Positions 9,313-19,023 of a DNA stretch of 64,000 nt are shown one piece after another. A model generated the notes under the pieces. The model did not search any database, was not told where the DNA came from, and saw only the letters and a list, made by a program, of their open reading frames with translations. A program made the translations under genes and the position numbers. Source of the DNA: Sedimentisphaerales bacterium (GTDB taxonomy: Bacteria > Planctomycetota > Phycisphaerae > Sedimentisphaerales > SM23-30); contig CAXXMR010000007.1 of the NCBI GenBank assembly GCA_963663805.2, forward strand, positions 1 to 64,000, written 5' to 3'. Positions within the stretch are counted from its first letter, which is position 1; each line of letters opens with the position of its first letter.

Positions 9313-11124
9313 ATGAGCGAAAACCCCCAGGCAGCTATCAATGCCATTTGTCAGGAGTGCGGGAATGACCGTACCCGGATGATGGATATTGTACGAGCTG
9401 TGCAACAGAAGCTAGGTTGTGTCTCCGGTGAAGCAATGGATTTGATTGCCAAGGCAGTCGGTTCGCACCGGGTGGAAGTTGAGAGCGTGATATCGTTTTA
9501 CGCTTTTCTATCTAATAAACCCAAAGGCAGTGTGGTAATTCGTCTCTGTGACGATATTATCGACGAAATGCAGGGCAGCGCAAAAGTCGCGGTTGCTCTG
9601 GAAGACGAGCTGGGCATCAAGTTTGGTCAGACCACTCCGGACGGCAAGATTACTTTGGAATACACCCCGTGCATCGGAATGTGCGACCAGGCCCCCGCGG
9701 CCATGGTTAATGATGTGCTGGTGACAAAATTGTCGAGTGACAAGGCCCGCGAGATGGTTCGCAGCCTCAAAGAAAATCTCGACCCGCAGCAGCTGGTCAG
9801 AGAGTTTGGCGACGGCAATAACGGTCACGAGCTGGTCAAGGCCATGGTTGACAACAATATTCGCAAACGCGGCGAAGTTGTTTTCGGCGAGATGGTGGTT
9901 GGCGCATCTTTGAAGAAGGCCTTGGCGATGACGCCGGCCGAAGTGATTCGCGATGTCAAGACCGCTCGCCTGCGTGGTCGCGGCGGGGCAGGTTTCCCGA
10001 CCGGGATGAAATGGGATTTCACCCGCGGCGCCGAAGGCAAGGATCGTTATATCATCTGCAATGCTGATGAAGGTGAACCGGGAACATTTAAGGACCGTGT
10101 GGTTTTGACCGAATGTGCGGACCTGATGTTTGAAGGTATGACCATCGGAGGTTACGCGATTGGTGCTCAGACCGGTATTCTTTACCTGAGGGCGGAATAC
10201 GCTTATCTGCGGGCCTTCCTTGAGGATATTCTCAACAAACGTCGTTTGGCAGGTCTGCTCGGCAATAATATTTGCGGCAAAGCAGGTTTCAATTTTGATA
10301 TTCGCATCCAGATGGGTGCCGGTGCCTATATTTGCGGTGAAGAGACTTCGCTGATTAGTTCCTGCGAAGGTTTACGCGGTGACCCGAAGAATCGTCCGCC
10401 GTTCCCGGCCCAGAAGGGTTATCTGGCCAAACCGACTTCGGTTAATAACGTGGAAACTTTCTGCTGCGTGGCTCGCATTCTGGACAAAGGGCCGGGCTGG
10501 TTCGCGGAGATGGGTTCCAAGGGTTCGCCGGGCACGAAGCTGCTGAGTATTTCCGGCGACTGCAAGAGTCCGGGCGTTTATGAAGTACCGTTCGGCATTA
10601 CCATGAAGGAAGTGCTCAAGATGGTCGGTGCCGAAGATGCCGCCGCGGTTCAAATCGGCGGTCCCAGCGGTAATATGATTGGCCCGGCTGATTACGGCAG
10701 GACGATTTGCTATGACGACCTGGCCACGGGCGGTTCGATGATGGTATTCAACAAGAGCCGCGATGTGCTGAAGGTTGCCGAGAAGTTCCTGGAATTCTTT
10801 ATCGAGGAAAGCTGCGGCTACTGTACTCCGTGTCGGACAGGTAATGTTCTGCTGAAGAACATGCTGGATAATGTTATCAAGGGCAAGGGCCAGCCGGAAG
10901 ATTTGAAGGCCATGGAAGATTTGGGCAAGACCATCAAGACCGCCAGTCGTTGTGGTTTGGGTCAGACCTCGGCTAATCCGGTGCTGTCAACCTTGAAAAA
11001 TTTCCGTAGTGAATATGAATCCCGTGTCAAGGCAGTCGAAGACGGCATGATGCCTACCTTCGACATTCACGCCGCGGTTGGTCCGGCGTCGAAGATTGCC
11101 GGTCGCGGTTCGGTGCACTTTTAA
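9313..11124 (+). CDS. hoxF: NAD-reducing [NiFe] hydrogenase diaphorase large subunit (NuoE+NuoF-like)
   Basis: LRGRGGAGFPTGMKW, CNADEGEPGTFKDR, GAGAYICGEET and ESCGYCTPCR motifs; N-terminal NuoE-like CIGMCD. Confidence 0.93.
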   Translation: MSENPQAAINAICQECGNDRTRMMDIVRAVQQKLGCVSGEAMDLIAKAVGSHRVEVESVISFYAFLSNKPKGSVVIRLCDDIIDEMQGSAKVAVALEDELGIKFGQTTPDGKITLEYTPCIGMCDQAPAAMVNDVLVTKLSSDKAREMVRSLKENLDPQQLVREFGDGNNGHELVKAMVDNNIRKRGEVVFGEMVVGASLKKALAMTPAEVIRDVKTARLRGRGGAGFPTGMKWDFTRGAEGKDRYIICNADEGEPGTFKDRVVLTECADLMFEGMTIGGYAIGAQTGILYLRAEYAYLRAFLEDILNKRRLAGLLGNNICGKAGFNFDIRIQMGAGAYICGEETSLISSCEGLRGDPKNRPPFPAQKGYLAKPTSVNNVETFCCVARILDKGPGWFAEMGSKGSPGTKLLSISGDCKSPGVYEVPFGITMKEVLKMVGAEDAAAVQIGGPSGNMIGPADYGRTICYDDLATGGSMMVFNKSRDVLKVAEKFLEFFIEESCGYCTPCRTGNVLLKNMLDNVIKGKGQPEDLKAMEDLGKTIKTASRCGLGQTSANPVLSTLKNFRSEYESRVKAVEDGMMPTFDIHAAVGPASKIAGRGSVHF

Positions 11125-11142
11125 GCAATTGAGGATAAAAAC

Positions 11143-11850
11143 ATGAGTGAAACAATCACCTTTACAATTGACGGCGTAGAAATTAAAGCCGCTGCCGGTC
11201 AAACGATCATGCAGGCGGCGGACGCGGCGGGAATTTACATCCCGCGGCTATGTGCGGTCCACGGGTTGAGCCCTCACGGTTCCTGCCGGGTCTGCACCGT
11301 AAAAGTTAATGGTCGGCCCCAGTCAGCCTGCACGCAGCCGGTCGCTGAGGGTATAGTAGTCGAAAACGAGACCGAAGAACTGCTCAACATTCGGCGGGAT
11401 ATTATCGACATGTTGTTTGTCGAAGGAAATCACTTCTGCATGTTCTGCGAAAAGTCGGGTAACTGCGAATTGCAGGCTTTGGCTTATCGGTTCGGCATTA
11501 CCGCTCCAAAGTTCCCCTATATGTTCCCCGACCGTGATGTCGATGCTTCACATCCGGAAGTGCTTATCGACCGCAATCGCTGCGTGCTTTGTGGCCGCTG
11601 TGTACGGGCGAGCAAGGAAATGGACGGCAAGAATGTATTTCAGTTTGTCGGTCGCGGTTCGGAAAAACGAGTGGCAGTTAATGCCGAAGCGTGTTTGTCC
11701 AAGACCGACCTTGCGGTAACTGACAAGGCCGCGGAAATGTGCCCCGTTGGCGCGATCCTCCGCAAGCGGATGGGCTACAAAGTGCCCGTCGGAGAACGTT
11801 TATATGACCGCGAGCCTATCGGTTCCGAAATCGAAGCTCAGAAAGGATAA
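11143..11850 (+). CDS. hoxU: Diaphorase Fe-S subunit
   Basis: IPRLC..GSCRVC, HFCMFCEKSGNC and RCVLCGRC motifs. Confidence 0.93.
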   Translation: MSETITFTIDGVEIKAAAGQTIMQAADAAGIYIPRLCAVHGLSPHGSCRVCTVKVNGRPQSACTQPVAEGIVVENETEELLNIRRDIIDMLFVEGNHFCMFCEKSGNCELQALAYRFGITAPKFPYMFPDRDVDASHPEVLIDRNRCVLCGRCVRASKEMDGKNVFQFVGRGSEKRVAVNAEACLSKTDLAVTDKAAEMCPVGAILRKRMGYKVPVGERLYDREPIGSEIEAQKG

Positions 11851-11861
11851 AGGATATAAGT

Positions 11862-12407
11862 ATGGCCAAGCCCAAAGTTGCTACTACATCTTTAGCCGGC
11901 TGCTTCGGTTGCCACATGTCCCTGCTGGACATCGACGACCGTATCCTCAAGCTGGTAGAACTGGTTGATTTTGACAAAAGCCCGATTGATGACATTAAAG
12001 AATTCACCGGTCGTTGTGCCATCGGCCTTATCGAAGGCGGGTGCTGCAATGAAGAAAATGTTAAGGTTTTGCAGGATTTCCGCAGACATTGTGATATTCT
12101 GATTCTGGTCGGCGACTGTGCGATTAACGGTGGTATTCCAGCCTTGCGGAATAATATTCCGCTGCAGGAATGTTTCGACGAAGCGTATGTGAACGGTCCG
12201 ACGGTTTATAATCCCAGCGGCCAGGTTCCCAACGACCCCGATATTCCGCTGCTGCTGAACCGCGTTTATCCCTGCCAGGAAGTCGTCAAGGTTGACTACT
12301 ATCTGCCCGGCTGTCCGCCGCCCGCCGATACTCTGTGGGAGGCGCTGGTCGCGTTGTTATCTGACAAACCCGTAGAACTGCCGTACTCGTTGATTAAGTA
12401 CGACTGA
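11862..12407 (+). CDS. hoxY: Hydrogenase small subunit
   Basis: LAGCFGC, GDCAINGG and LPGCPP motifs. Confidence 0.93.
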   Translation: MAKPKVATTSLAGCFGCHMSLLDIDDRILKLVELVDFDKSPIDDIKEFTGRCAIGLIEGGCCNEENVKVLQDFRRHCDILILVGDCAINGGIPALRNNIPLQECFDEAYVNGPTVYNPSGQVPNDPDIPLLLNRVYPCQEVVKVDYYLPGCPPPADTLWEALVALLSDKPVELPYSLIKYD

Positions 12408-12428
12408 TAAGGTATAGGAGAAGTTGCT

Positions 12429-13868
12429 TTGACAACTATAAACAACCCTAAGAAAATCGTGATTGAACCGGTAACCCGCGTCGAAGGACACGGGAAAGTT
12501 ACCATTCTTTTGGATGAACAGAATCAGGTCAAACAGGCCCGTCTGCACATTGTGGAGTTCCGGGGCTTTGAGCGTTTCATTCAGGGCCGTCCCTATTGGG
12601 AAGCTCCGGTGCTGGTTCAGCGTCTGTGCGGCATCTGCCCGGTGAGTCATCATCTGGCCGCTGTCAAGGCGATGGATATTATCGCCGGCGCTGAAAAGCT
12701 GACGCCCACCGCTTTGAAGATGCGTTTACTGATGCATCACGGTCAGTTCTTCCAGTCTCATGCTTTGCATTTCTTCCATCTTTGTTCGCCGGACCTGCTT
12801 TTCGGTTTTGATGCCGACGTTGCCATTCGCAATGTTATCGGTGTAGCCGCGAAGTTCCCCGACCTGGCGGTCCAGGGTGTCATGATGCGTAAGTATGGCC
12901 AGGAAATTATCAAGGCCACCGCCGGCAAGAAGATTCACGGTACCGGCGCCATTCCCGGCGGTATCAACAAGAATCTCTCGATTGCCGAACGCGACAGCTT
13001 CCTGAAGGATATTGACCAGATGATGGAATGGTCCCGCGGCTCAGTGAAGATTGCCAAGGACTATACCGTCGAAAATCTGTCGAAGGTCGCCGACTTTGGT
13101 TCATTCGACTCGAACCATCTGGGTATCATTCGTGCCGACGGCAGCTATGATATTTATGACGGCGGTCTGCGGGCCATCGACAGCGAAGGCAACAAGATTT
13201 TCGACCATGTCGATAATCAGAAATACGATGACTATATCGCTGAGGAAGTGCGACCCTGGTCTTATATGAAGTTCCCCTTCATTAAGTCTATCGGCACCGA
13301 AAATGGCTGGTATCGCGTCGGTCCGCTGGCCCGTGTCAATATCTGTGACCGTTTCGATACGCCCGAAGCCGAAGCCGCTCGCAAAGAATTCATGGCCGTT
13401 ACCGACAACAAGCCCAACAATATCACCATGGCCTATCACTGGGCCCGGATGATTGAGCTGCTGCACTCCTGCGAGACTATGCAGAATCTGCTCAATGACC
13501 CTGACTTGCAGGGCACCGACCTGCTCGTCAAGGGCGAGCGTCGTCCTGAAGGTGTGGGGATCGTTGAAGCTCCGCGTGGTACCCTGTTCCATCATTATCG
13601 TGTGGACGAGAATGACCAGATTACCATGGCGAACCTGATTGTTTCGACGACCAGCAATAATGAGCCGATGAACCGTGCCGTTGAGAAGGTCGCCAAGGAC
13701 TATCTTTCCGGTGTGGAAATTACCGAAGGCCTGCTGAATCATGTCGAAGTTGCCATTCGTGCCTATGACCCGTGCTTGTCCTGTGCGACACACGCTCTGG
13801 GTCAGATGCCGCTGGTGATTGAACTATTCGACCACGATGGTCAGATGATTGACAGGAAGAAACAGTAA
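12429..13868 (+). CDS. hoxH: [NiFe] hydrogenase large subunit (group 3d type)
   Basis: TRVEGHG, L1 RLCGICPVSH and L2 DPCLSCATH, followed by a cleavable C-terminal extension. Confidence 0.95.
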   Translation: MTTINNPKKIVIEPVTRVEGHGKVTILLDEQNQVKQARLHIVEFRGFERFIQGRPYWEAPVLVQRLCGICPVSHHLAAVKAMDIIAGAEKLTPTALKMRLLMHHGQFFQSHALHFFHLCSPDLLFGFDADVAIRNVIGVAAKFPDLAVQGVMMRKYGQEIIKATAGKKIHGTGAIPGGINKNLSIAERDSFLKDIDQMMEWSRGSVKIAKDYTVENLSKVADFGSFDSNHLGIIRADGSYDIYDGGLRAIDSEGNKIFDHVDNQKYDDYIAEEVRPWSYMKFPFIKSIGTENGWYRVGPLARVNICDRFDTPEAEAARKEFMAVTDNKPNNITMAYHWARMIELLHSCETMQNLLNDPDLQGTDLLVKGERRPEGVGIVEAPRGTLFHHYRVDENDQITMANLIVSTTSNNEPMNRAVEKVAKDYLSGVEITEGLLNHVEVAIRAYDPCLSCATHALGQMPLVIELFDHDGQMIDRKKQ

Positions 13869-14347
13869 TGAATAAGGCCGCTACGGATGTTCTGGTGGTT
13901 GGCTATGGCAATCCCGGTCGGTTGGATGACGGGCTGGGACCGGCTTTGGCTGAGACGCTTGAAAATTTGAATATCGAAGGCGTAACGGTCGATTCCAACT
14001 ACCAGCTTAACGTCGAAGATGCCGAGGCCTTGGCTGCGCATAAGGTAGCGATTTTCGCTGACGCGACGGTTCAGGGCCATGAACCGTTTGAGTTCAAGGC
14101 CACCGTACCCAGGCCCGCCTTGGGTTTCAGCAGCCACAGCATGGAGCCGGATACCGTTTATGCTTTGGCCCAGGAAATGTTCCAGGCCGAAACGAAATGT
14201 TATACGCTGGGCATCTGCGGCTATGAGTTTAATGAGTTTGGCGAATTCCTTTCGCCTGCCGCTGAAAAAAATTTGGCGTTGGCTCTGGAGTTTTTGATCG
14301 GAGTAATTAAAAAGGGCAACTTCGATGAAGTTGTTCATCCTGACTAA
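13868..14347 (+). CDS. hoxW: Hydrogenase maturation protease
   Basis: VGYGNPGRLDDGLG and SSHSM motifs; follows hoxH directly. Confidence 0.88.
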   Translation: MNKAATDVLVVGYGNPGRLDDGLGPALAETLENLNIEGVTVDSNYQLNVEDAEALAAHKVAIFADATVQGHEPFEFKATVPRPALGFSSHSMEPDTVYALAQEMFQAETKCYTLGICGYEFNEFGEFLSPAAEKNLALALEFLIGVIKKGNFDEVVHPD

Positions 14348-14387
14348 ACAGTGAACTATTTTTAAGCCGCTGTGATGGAGACAAAAA

Positions 14388-14762
14388 ATGCAAGACGGAA
14401 AACATGTTATTCTGTGTATTGATGACGACCCCGATGTCCTGGAATGTATGCGGGTAGTGCTCGAGTCGAACCATTATAAAATGGTTGAGGCCGGCAGCGC
14501 TGAAGAAGGACTTAAAGTTTATAAGGCCGAAAAGCCCGACCTGGTGATTGTTGACCTGATGATGGAAGAAATCGACGCTGGTACGAATTTTGTCAAAGAA
14601 ATTCGCGCCATCGGCAAGACCTGTCCCATCTATATGCTCAGCTCTGCCGGCGATACGCTCAATATGTCCACCAGCTACAGTGACCTGGGACTGGACGGCG
14701 TATTCCAGAAGCCTATCGATAATACTATGCTGCTCTCGATTCTAAAGAGCAAACTGAAGTAA
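14388..14762 (+). CDS. Single-domain response regulator
   Basis: IDDD, VDLMM, MLSS and QKP receiver motifs. Confidence 0.92.
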   Translation: MQDGKHVILCIDDDPDVLECMRVVLESNHYKMVEAGSAEEGLKVYKAEKPDLVIVDLMMEEIDAGTNFVKEIRAIGKTCPIYMLSSAGDTLNMSTSYSDLGLDGVFQKPIDNTMLLSILKSKLK

Positions 14763-14796
14763 AATTCCCGGCCCCGCTGATATGCGGGAATGGTTA

Positions 14797-14848
14797 AAAA
14801 AAACGGGTGCATGCTGATTCCAGAGTCGGCATGTCACCCCTTTTTTTT
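14797..14848 (+). terminator. Bidirectional-type intrinsic terminator ending the hox operon
   Basis: A run, gggtgcatgctga...tcggcatgtcaccc stem, then a T run. Confidence 0.7.
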
Positions 14849-14869
14849 GCGGTTCCCCAATTCACCCAT

Positions 14870-14910
14870 CAGAGCCGCGCACGTTAGTAAGCGGTGCCGT
14901 TGCCGTTAAA
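14870..14910 (+). repeat. REP-like interspersed element, copy 1
   Basis: cagagccgcgcacgttagtaagcggtgccgtt; near-identical copy at 58677. Confidence 0.6.
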
Positions 14911-14956
14911 TAAAAACTCTCGACCGCAGGTCGAAACCACGCCGTTCACTCTTGCC

Positions 14957-15886
14957 TTATGCCTTATACCCGGCCTGGTTCTTATAATCAAAATATCCAA
15001 TATCCTCCAGCACGCCCCGGAACACTTTCAACTCTCCTTCCGTCATAACTCTAAGAATATTTGGCGTGATGACAAAATCATTGCTGATGATACCCCGCCA
15101 GTAGAGCATGGTCTTGAGCAGTTGCTCGCCGTTATCCTGATAGAACAGAAAATAGGGCAGCAGCTTATTATAATAAATATCATGTGCCTCTTTGGTTTTC
15201 CCCTCGAGATAACTCCGCACCACCGCGTTATGAATATCCAACGCTTCGGTCCCGGTCATGAAACATTCAATCCCCATCTCCAGAACCTGGAACATGTGCT
15301 TGCCGCCGTAACCGCCGATAATAGGCATCTGATTTTTCGACAGTTCCTGCATACGAGCAATTTTGCTCAGAAAATCATGGTCTTCTTCCTTGATGTATTT
15401 AATGTTCTCTATTTCGTTATAAGCCCGGCAAATAAATTCCGCTGATAAATACTGGCCCGGAATAGCCACATCCTGGAGAATCATCGGCAGGTCGGTTTCA
15501 TTACTGACCGCTTTGTAATAATCAAAAATCTCTTTCTCTTTGTGAGCCAGTCCCGTCGGAGGGGCCAGCATCAGAATGTCAGCCCCCTGGGCCTGAGCGT
15601 CACGCGCAAATTCCGCAGCGATTCGCCGGTTAGCTCCGGAAACACCGATAAATATCAGTACCTTCCCGCCAACTTCTTCGACCAGAGATTCGGTCAGCAC
15701 TCGCCGGTCAGCACGAGAGAGCTTATTAAACTCTGAAGCCCAGGCCAGATGCCCGATAGCGCATGCCTGATTATCCAGGCAGTATTTAACCAGTTGATTT
15801 AAACTCGGGCGGTCAATCTCGCCCGACTCACTAATTACACTGGGCAAGATCGGCATCATGCCCACAAACGTTGTTGGGTTACTCAT
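14957..15886 (-). CDS. Dihydrodipicolinate synthase family aldolase
   Basis: GMMPILP, ASEFNKLS and YIKEE (Schiff-base Lys) motifs of the DapA/NanA fold. Confidence 0.85.
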   Translation of the reverse strand: MSNPTTFVGMMPILPSVISESGEIDRPSLNQLVKYCLDNQACAIGHLAWASEFNKLSRADRRVLTESLVEEVGGKVLIFIGVSGANRRIAAEFARDAQAQGADILMLAPPTGLAHKEKEIFDYYKAVSNETDLPMILQDVAIPGQYLSAEFICRAYNEIENIKYIKEEDHDFLSKIARMQELSKNQMPIIGGYGGKHMFQVLEMGIECFMTGTEALDIHNAVVRSYLEGKTKEAHDIYYNKLLPYFLFYQDNGEQLLKTMLYWRGIISNDFVITPNILRVMTEGELKVFRGVLEDIGYFDYKNQAGYKA

Positions 15887-15915
15887 AAACTTCCTGTTTC
15901 TACAAAAAAGGTGAA

Positions 15916-16323
15916 TCAAGCCCCCATAATTTCGCTCAAACTTCTAACCACCTGCCCGTATCCCTGATGAATGTATATACCCAGTTGAGCAATTAGCGAA
16001 TATGCCACCGCCATCTGAGCCAGAGCATAACCCGCTACAGCGAACTGCCCCAGGCTGAATAGACCCACCCCAAACTGCGAGATAGTCACCACTCCGCAGG
16101 CGAACTGACCAATAGCGATTATCCCTTTAGCCGGCACCGGCATACGGTTAGGTTTGTATTTAAAAGATATATGCAGCCACGGCAGCCCGTAGAATCTCGC
16201 CTGAGATTTATATTCAAATCCCCAGCCGTCCCACTTTTCCCTCGCCGGATAAGGCGCACCACAACCCGGACAGGTAAAAGCCTGTTCCGAAACCTCATGG
16301 CTGCATTCACGGCAGTTTCTCAT
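15916..16323 (-). CDS. Zinc-ribbon membrane protein
   Basis: CREC...CPGCG N-terminus; GFEYKS...AKGIIAIGQ Gly-rich hydrophobic repeats. Confidence 0.8.
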   Translation of the reverse strand: MRNCRECSHEVSEQAFTCPGCGAPYPAREKWDGWGFEYKSQARFYGLPWLHISFKYKPNRMPVPAKGIIAIGQFACGVVTISQFGVGLFSLGQFAVAGYALAQMAVAYSLIAQLGIYIHQGYGQVVRSLSEIMGA

Positions 16324-16573
16324 TGCTCGAAATTTCCTAAATAATCCTGGCAAACAATGCAATCGTTTAACATCGTACTATTCCCGGTTGGCTTATGCAA
16401 TTCAGAAAAAAGGGTTTTTTTCAACCCAAACATCTTCCTAACCCTGAAATAATTGAGAAAAATCGTTAAAAATCTAAAAAAACGACGAAAAATCGTCAAA
16501 AACCGGTCGTTCTCGGCAAATTCGCGCGGTTTTTTTCGCCTAAATCACCGCGAAAACACTACAATATTGGGTG

Positions 16574-16741
16574 ATGGATACCTTGATTACAATTTTGATA
16601 GTATCTGTAGTGGCCATAATGATGGGGTTAAGCTTCTACCGGGTTTTGACCGGAAAAGCCAAGTCCGGCGGCTGCGGCTGTGGCGCAACTTCCTGTAAGG
16701 AAAAAACTTGCGAACATAAGCCCGAAGATAAAAAGCATTAG
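16574..16741 (+). CDS. Small Cys-rich membrane protein (FeoB-associated Cys-rich-like)
   Basis: Manual translation, 55 aa: MDTLITILIVSVVAIMMGLSFYRVLTGKAKSGGCGCGATSCKEKTCEHKPEDKKH. Confidence 0.7.
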   Translation: MDTLITILIVSVVAIMMGLSFYRVLTGKAKSGGCGCGATSCKEKTCEHKPEDKKH

Positions 16742-16778
16742 GCAGCAGCCATTTTGGGGAAATTAAGCGAATTTTAAT

Positions 16779-16820
16779 TTGACATCTGACTTTTTAGTCA
16801 TATTATGAATGTGTATTCAT
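16779..16820 (+). promoter_or_regulatory. Sigma70-type promoter with overlapping palindromic TetR operator candidates
   Basis: TTGACA(16779)-N16-TATTAT(16801); TGACT-N4-AGTCA at 16787-16800; ATGAAT-N4-ATTCAT at 16805-16820. Confidence 0.6.
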
Positions 16821-16871
16821 TGGATGAATTTTAAGTCAGTTTGTGTGTAATGTTATTATTAGTAAGATGTT

Positions 16872-17489
16872 ATGGATAATTTGAGTAGAAAAAATCGCGA
16901 ACGCCAGCGTCATCGACAGGAAATCCTCGCTGCCGCCGAGCAAGTCTTTGCTGAGAAAGGCTTTACGGGCGCAACCGTGGAAGATGTTGCCCGGCAGGCC
17001 GAGTTTTCGGTGGGTACTCTCTACAATTTTTTTGGCAGTAAAGACCTGTTATTTAAAGAGTTAGTGGAAGATAGATTTGGCAAAGTCTTCGAATGTTTTC
17101 AGGAAGAGATGGATAACTCAAGAAACGCCAAGGACTTAATTGAAGGTTTCATCCAGGCCCGAATTGAGGTGCTTAGGAGGGAAACCGCGTTCGTGAAAAT
17201 ATATTTGAACGAACATCTCGATGATATTTTCCGTAAACCTGATTTCTACGAGACTTACGTCGGAAAATTTTGCGGAAACCTGATGGGCCGACTGGAAAAT
17301 GCTTTTAAGGATTGCCAAAAACAGGGAATTTTCAGAGATGATATGGACGCCTACGATATGGCCGTCGCGCTAAACGGGATTATAGATGGATTTATGTTTG
17401 AATGGTCGTCTCGCCCGGAATACCAGATAAATGAAAAAAGGGTTCACACCATATTAGGAATATTCTTTGAAGGTGCGATGCGGCGATAA
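16872..17489 (+). CDS. TetR/AcrR family regulator
   Basis: ILAAAEQVFAEKGF...TVEDVA...GTLYNFFGSKD helix-turn-helix. Confidence 0.95.
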   Translation: MDNLSRKNRERQRHRQEILAAAEQVFAEKGFTGATVEDVARQAEFSVGTLYNFFGSKDLLFKELVEDRFGKVFECFQEEMDNSRNAKDLIEGFIQARIEVLRRETAFVKIYLNEHLDDIFRKPDFYETYVGKFCGNLMGRLENAFKDCQKQGIFRDDMDAYDMAVALNGIIDGFMFEWSSRPEYQINEKRVHTILGIFFEGAMRR

Positions 17490-17521
17490 TAATACCTCTC
17501 TTTGAGGCAGGATACAAAATT

Positions 17522-18910
17522 ATGAAACAATTATGGATTACGAGTTGTGCGGTAACTATGCTGGTAGCAGGTGGTTGTATCACCACGGAAAAGATGGACC
17601 GTCAGTTCAGTTCCAATCGCCTGAGCAGCTATCAGCGCCTGACGCGTCTTGAGCAGCAGGAAAATTCTGATGCGTTTAAAGTTATCAGCGGCAAGCTGAC
17701 TGTCGATAAATGCCTGGAATTGACGTTGCTCTGTAATAAACAAATCCAATCCGCCCGTGCCGCGTTGGAAGAAGCCCAGGGCCAGATTGTCGAGGCACGG
17801 GCCACCGCTTTGCCGATCGCGTCGTTTAGCGGTTCAGCTTTGGTGAATGAAAATGACGGATTGGTTGCCGATAAAGAAAGTTATGAACTTGGCCTGCTGG
17901 CACGTCAGCCATTGTATCTGGGCGGATTGATCGGTGCGGCTTTGGACGCGGCGACGGCGGCGGCGTATTTTTCGCAGCAGGAGTTGCGGCAGTCCATGCA
18001 GGATGTGCAACTGGAGGTCAGACGGCAATATTTGGGGGCACTTCTGGCAGCGGAATTGGAAAGGGTAGCGATTCAGGCACGCAATGATGCAAAAAAACAT
18101 CTTAATGATGTCGAAGTAAAGCTGAAACATGGGGCGGGTTTGAAGTTTGATGTTTTGCGGGCACAGGTACGTCTGACGCAGATGGAAGCCGACCTTATCA
18201 AACGCCAACATGAAGCCAAACTGGCTCAACAGAGACTATTAAATGTTCTGGGAGTGTCCCAGTTAAGTAAGGTGGAGCTGGCGGGCAAGCTGGATTATCA
18301 AGAGTTGATAGTTAGCGATTCAAGTTGCCTGGAACAAGCTCAGTTGCGTCGTCCGGGTCTGTTAATGGCAGAAGCGATGGTGCGGCTGCGTGAGGATAAT
18401 ATCGTAAGCGAAAAGTCTGGTAATCGTCCCAGGGTTTATTTGCAGGGTGTGTATCAGCGCAGCTATCCGGGGTTTGGTTCTTTTCTGGGTGATAAAAAAT
18501 GGGAGCGGACTATGAACGGCGGGGTAGTGGTGGAGTGGCCCTTCTTTAGCGGATTTGCCGTGGAAGGGAAAGTCACCCAGGCCAAGGCCCAACTGCATAA
18601 AGAACAGATTGCCTTGCACAAATTAGAAGAGCAGGTACAGTTTGAAGTCACCGAAGGTTTGCTCACGCTGGACAGCAGTGCCCGGTTTGTACGTTCGCAG
18701 CAGGGCAATGTCGCCAATGCCGAAGAAGCCTTGCGGCTGGTGCGGGTGAGCTTTCAGGAAGGGGCGGCGACGGCACTGGATGTGATTTCCGCAGAGCTGG
18801 CATTAGCGACGGCCCGTTCGGATTACGCGACTTCGGTTTATGGACATGAAGTTGCCCGGCTGCAATTGCATCGGGCGGTTGGTACCCTGGGTGAAGAAGT
18901 CCTGCCTTGA
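17522..18910 (+). CDS. TolC family outer-membrane efflux lipoprotein
   Basis: Lipobox AGGC; two OEP repeats (QPLYLGG, WPFFSG). Confidence 0.92.
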   Translation: MKQLWITSCAVTMLVAGGCITTEKMDRQFSSNRLSSYQRLTRLEQQENSDAFKVISGKLTVDKCLELTLLCNKQIQSARAALEEAQGQIVEARATALPIASFSGSALVNENDGLVADKESYELGLLARQPLYLGGLIGAALDAATAAAYFSQQELRQSMQDVQLEVRRQYLGALLAAELERVAIQARNDAKKHLNDVEVKLKHGAGLKFDVLRAQVRLTQMEADLIKRQHEAKLAQQRLLNVLGVSQLSKVELAGKLDYQELIVSDSSCLEQAQLRRPGLLMAEAMVRLREDNIVSEKSGNRPRVYLQGVYQRSYPGFGSFLGDKKWERTMNGGVVVEWPFFSGFAVEGKVTQAKAQLHKEQIALHKLEEQVQFEVTEGLLTLDSSARFVRSQQGNVANAEEALRLVRVSFQEGAATALDVISAELALATARSDYATSVYGHEVARLQLHRAVGTLGEEVLP

Positions 18911-19023
18911 AGAACAAGATGTCAGAATTCAGAGGTCAGAAATATAACGTCAACGGCCAGGATTCGCTTTGGGCGAGGTTGTTTAGTAGTAAACGGAATA
19001 ATTGATAATATACAGGTGGAATT

